NCBI GenBank assembly: GCA_026025075.1 | Contig: JAPEUI010000050.1 | Span: 1-64,000, forward strand | DNA length: 64,000 nucleotides | Origin: Vezdaea acicularis | Taxonomy: Eukaryota | Reading direction: 5' to 3' | Part shown: piece after piece, positions 61,122 through 64,000 of the stretch | Layout: the number at the start of each line of letters is the position of its first letter | Position numbering within the stretch: position 1 is the first letter of the stretch | Notes under the pieces: model-generated | The model's input: only the letters and a program-made list of their open reading frames with translations | Told to the model about the DNA's origin: nothing | The model's database searches: none | Translations under genes and position numbers: made by a program

Positions 61122-64000
61122 ATGGAGCCACTTAGTCTAAAACCTCGACAGCCTGTAGATGACGTGGAGTGCTGGGACGACGATGAAGATTTCGCCGGAG
61201 GGAATCTTGAATTTCGGACAGCTTCTACTGCCACGTCTGTTTCTGGAAGAGGTACTCGTCATCGAGAGTCTGTCTCTTCTCGAATGTCGGCTCGCTCTGA
61301 CTTCGACTCCATTGACGGAGATGAGGAAACGCAATTGGTTATACCTAGAGACGACGAAGAATCAACCTCGGCAGCTATTAATTCTGCAATCAACGCCGGA
61401 ATTCCAATACCTAAGAATGTGCCACCATCTGCCCTAGTTGGCGGGACTATCAAACGATTAGGCGGGAAGCGATCAAAGAAAGTGATCGGTGACGATTGGG
61501 GCGAAGATTTGGAACTTCCGGAACCCAATGCTGGCACTTTAAGCATCCGCAAGCATAACGGGCCAGCGTTCCCCGACGCTATACGGGGGGCTAGTGGTCA
61601 GATGTCGCAACCTCAAAGCCCCGCAAAGGGGTTGAGCTTTGCTGAGCGAATCGGGATGCGCACAATCTCACATGCTAATTCAACATTGAATCAATTTCGA
61701 GATGATGACAACGATGATTTCTTCGGTGATGGAACAGAAGTACCCACCATTAAGGTCACTAAACGGTCACCTCGCAAAGCAATCCCCTTTCACATTCCTC
61801 AAGGCCATTCTCAGGCAGATGCTGCAGTCGAAGACTTTGAGAAGGACTTAGAGCTTCCGCAGAACGGGGAGCCACTCAGCCTTTCAGCACGCAAGGAAAC
61901 CTTGAAATCTCCAACAATGGGGCAAGATGAATTTGACGAATGGACGGAAGGAAGCCTTGGTACTCGACACGGTGGAACTCATAGAGGAAAGTCAAACCGA
62001 AGCTCTTCATTCTCTGCGATGAGCCCAAGTGTCTCAAGCACCTTTACAGCGGAGAGCGAAGATGATGTAATGGAAGGCCTTCATCTTCCCGATGGGCCAC
62101 TGAACTTCAAAGATATCCTAGCAAGACGTCAACGAAACGAAAGTCCCGACCCGGCCAATCATTCTGTCGAGCGGCAATCTACAAAGCAGGCAGGTGTGAA
62201 GGAAGACTTTTTTTCTGGTATTGAGATTGGTGATGGGGACGTTTTTGATTCGGGGAAGTTGACATTAAATCGCAATATTAAGCACACAACTGGCCGGCCC
62301 ATTAGCCCAGCAAGGAGGACCGCCGTTACGCTGACTTTCACCAACAAAAACTCGGCAACGGATACACGATTACCACGACCTCGGAGTGGAAATGATCGTA
62401 CTCATGGCTCGAAGCTTGAATCAGTGTCTGAATCGAATGATCCAGTATCGAAAGTTCCCCGACCGCAATCGCGTGCTGCTCGAAACTCATGGGGTAGAAG
62501 CGGTATTCCAGCTCCGTCTACCCCTTCGTCCCGGAATGCTGTTTCGACGACTCCCAACAGACAGAAAGCGATTGTTACTAGGCCTTCAATGAAAGCTTTA
62601 CGAGGCGAGCCAACCACTACTAGCGCACAACTGCTCAAAGCAAAGAGATCACTACCGGCATTGCGTGGCACGGAGAAGTCCCCAGCGAAAACCTACACAT
62701 CCTCCCAGCGGCCTCCTTCACGTGGAGACGGCCCTCTCAGAAATAATATATCTCAGCGGCCACCTTCGCGTGGGGATGGTGCTCACAGGAATATTGTGGT
62801 CTCTCGTCCAAAGACACCAACAGATCGCCCCCGAGCGGAGTCAAGCCTAGCTAAGGAAAGGCGTCCTCCTGTACCCTTCCTTCCAGCTGGTATTGCTCAG
62901 TCTCACCACATCACTACAAAGACCAGGAGTAACTTCCGCCGACATGACTCAGAATCGTCTGCCGCCAGCAATGAGCACCGTCCCATTTCCCGAACCGCAC
63001 TCTCTCGCACTGGTCTCCGCTCTCCTAGTCCCATGAAGCGTAGGGAAATGGCACCAGCAGCACTAGCAAGAGAAGCTGCATCAAAGCGTACGCTCACACG
63101 CCCTAATCGGACTCGGAACTTCGGCAATGGTACGGAGTTGGAGATCTTTGACGATCTTCCGACTTCCTTGAACGCAGAATCTAAATTTGTGAAGCAGCCT
63201 GTGGGTAGAGGACCACCAAAGGTGATGCGTAACAAGGCAACTTCCAACCAGCTTCACCCAGATCGCACCGTGACTCCAGCTCCAGCGCCGGCTACTACGC
63301 CTACCCCTATCTCTCCGTTGAAGACTGAATACACTCCACGTTTTGCTCGCGACACAAACGCCAGTCGTATTGCACGAGAGCAACGCACTGGAGCCGCAAC
63401 CCCGGCCTTAGCGTCTAGTATCACAAATTGGAAAACACAAAGCGGGGGCCGTCATGGTGCGGTCACCAGCCCCACTGCATCCAGAGGCAAACGTCGCCCC
63501 GAACCACGGCGCAAACCTCTCCTGATCAAGCCCCTAGGAAATACACACCAGAACGCAAAGACCGAAAAAGGTATGCATTACAATCCGGCGCTCTATCGCT
63601 GGGAAGGCAATGAAAACGCGCTTGCTCCCTTCGACGCTCCCATAAACAATGGTAACGGCCTCTCAAATTCGCCTATGCACGGACCGACTTCGACCACTAA
63701 GTCCGGAATGCAATCAGGCCCCCGCCAGATGCCTGGCCTCCTCCGCCATCTTGGGAACAACGCAATTGGTGGCGTTCAGCGTGAGGGTAATATGTTCTTC
63801 GACCCCACCCAGTTAAAGTGGTTGAAGCTCGCGCCGCATGAACGCCAGCAAAGCCGAGCATCGAATGTCTCTAATCCGCTCAGTCTGACCTCTGCGACTG
63901 ATGATGACAGCGACGATCCGTTTGCGGGCATGGACGATCTGGATGACGCGCCTAAGAGCAAGGGCAGTAGACCAGGGACGGCGGGGAGTGCAGAACCGAG
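61122..64000 (+). CDS. BYR4: Septation-initiation-network inhibitor Byr4/Bfa1-like, 3'-truncated by the window end
   Basis: Frame appears open to the window end (absent from the ORF track): VECWDDDEDF, AGIPIPKNVPPSALVGGTIKRLG, FGNGTELEIFDDLP, GMHYNPALYRWEGNE, MFFDPTQLKWLK. Confidence 0.9.
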   Translation, partial: MEPLSLKPRQPVDDVECWDDDEDFAGGNLEFRTASTATSVSGRGTRHRESVSSRMSARSDFDSIDGDEETQLVIPRDDEESTSAAINSAINAGIPIPKNVPPSALVGGTIKRLGGKRSKKVIGDDWGEDLELPEPNAGTLSIRKHNGPAFPDAIRGASGQMSQPQSPAKGLSFAERIGMRTISHANSTLNQFRDDDNDDFFGDGTEVPTIKVTKRSPRKAIPFHIPQGHSQADAAVEDFEKDLELPQNGEPLSLSARKETLKSPTMGQDEFDEWTEGSLGTRHGGTHRGKSNRSSSFSAMSPSVSSTFTAESEDDVMEGLHLPDGPLNFKDILARRQRNESPDPANHSVERQSTKQAGVKEDFFSGIEIGDGDVFDSGKLTLNRNIKHTTGRPISPARRTAVTLTFTNKNSATDTRLPRPRSGNDRTHGSKLESVSESNDPVSKVPRPQSRAARNSWGRSGIPAPSTPSSRNAVSTTPNRQKAIVTRPSMKALRGEPTTTSAQLLKAKRSLPALRGTEKSPAKTYTSSQRPPSRGDGPLRNNISQRPPSRGDGAHRNIVVSRPKTPTDRPRAESSLAKERRPPVPFLPAGIAQSHHITTKTRSNFRRHDSESSAASNEHRPISRTALSRTGLRSPSPMKRREMAPAALAREAASKRTLTRPNRTRNFGNGTELEIFDDLPTSLNAESKFVKQPVGRGPPKVMRNKATSNQLHPDRTVTPAPAPATTPTPISPLKTEYTPRFARDTNASRIAREQRTGAATPALASSITNWKTQSGGRHGAVTSPTASRGKRRPEPRRKPLLIKPLGNTHQNAKTEKGMHYNPALYRWEGNENALAPFDAPINNGNGLSNSPMHGPTSTTKSGMQSGPRQMPGLLRHLGNNAIGGVQREGNMFFDPTQLKWLKLAPHERQQSRASNVSNPLSLTSATDDDSDDPFAGMDDLDDAPKSKGSRPGTAGSAEP

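Overview
Gene-dense 64 kb segment of a filamentous ascomycete (Pezizomycotina) genome, with short GT-AG introns and CTRAY branch points. About 28 protein-coding genes could be reconstructed by hand. In order they are: Myb-domain protein, Trm9-like methyltransferase, a divergent ubiquitin-specific protease with a repeat-expanded tail, Rad57, an Edc4/Pdc1-like decapping scaffold, BLCAP-like protein, two small uncharacterised proteins, class 3 lipase, Sws1-like SWIM protein, Rpn8, Adk1, a third small uncharacterised protein, a Gfo/Idh/MocA dehydrogenase, Pcf11, Hook, Hem13, Atg8, Nce101-like, Ggc1, an ASST-family protein, Gis2/CNBP, an F-box protein, Ctp1/Sae2, Spt16, a conserved mitochondrial-type protein, Xrcc4 and a truncated Byr4. 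No tRNA, rRNA, transposon or CRISPR was recognised. The least explained signal is non-coding. Most wide intergenic gaps (about 3.2-4.3, 22.6-23.9, 27.9-28.5, 42.7-43.1, 45.2-46.5 and 48.2-48.8 kb) contain dense nested inverted-repeat helices, and where G-U pairs occur they favour a + strand RNA, even between genes that are both on the - strand. These were found by eye and need folding z-scores and covariation tests. Also notable are a candidate GTG start for the Myb gene, a 2-nt GT slip that cuts the USP ORF off from duplicated C-terminal modules, and four double-strand-break repair genes with MCB-like promoter boxes.
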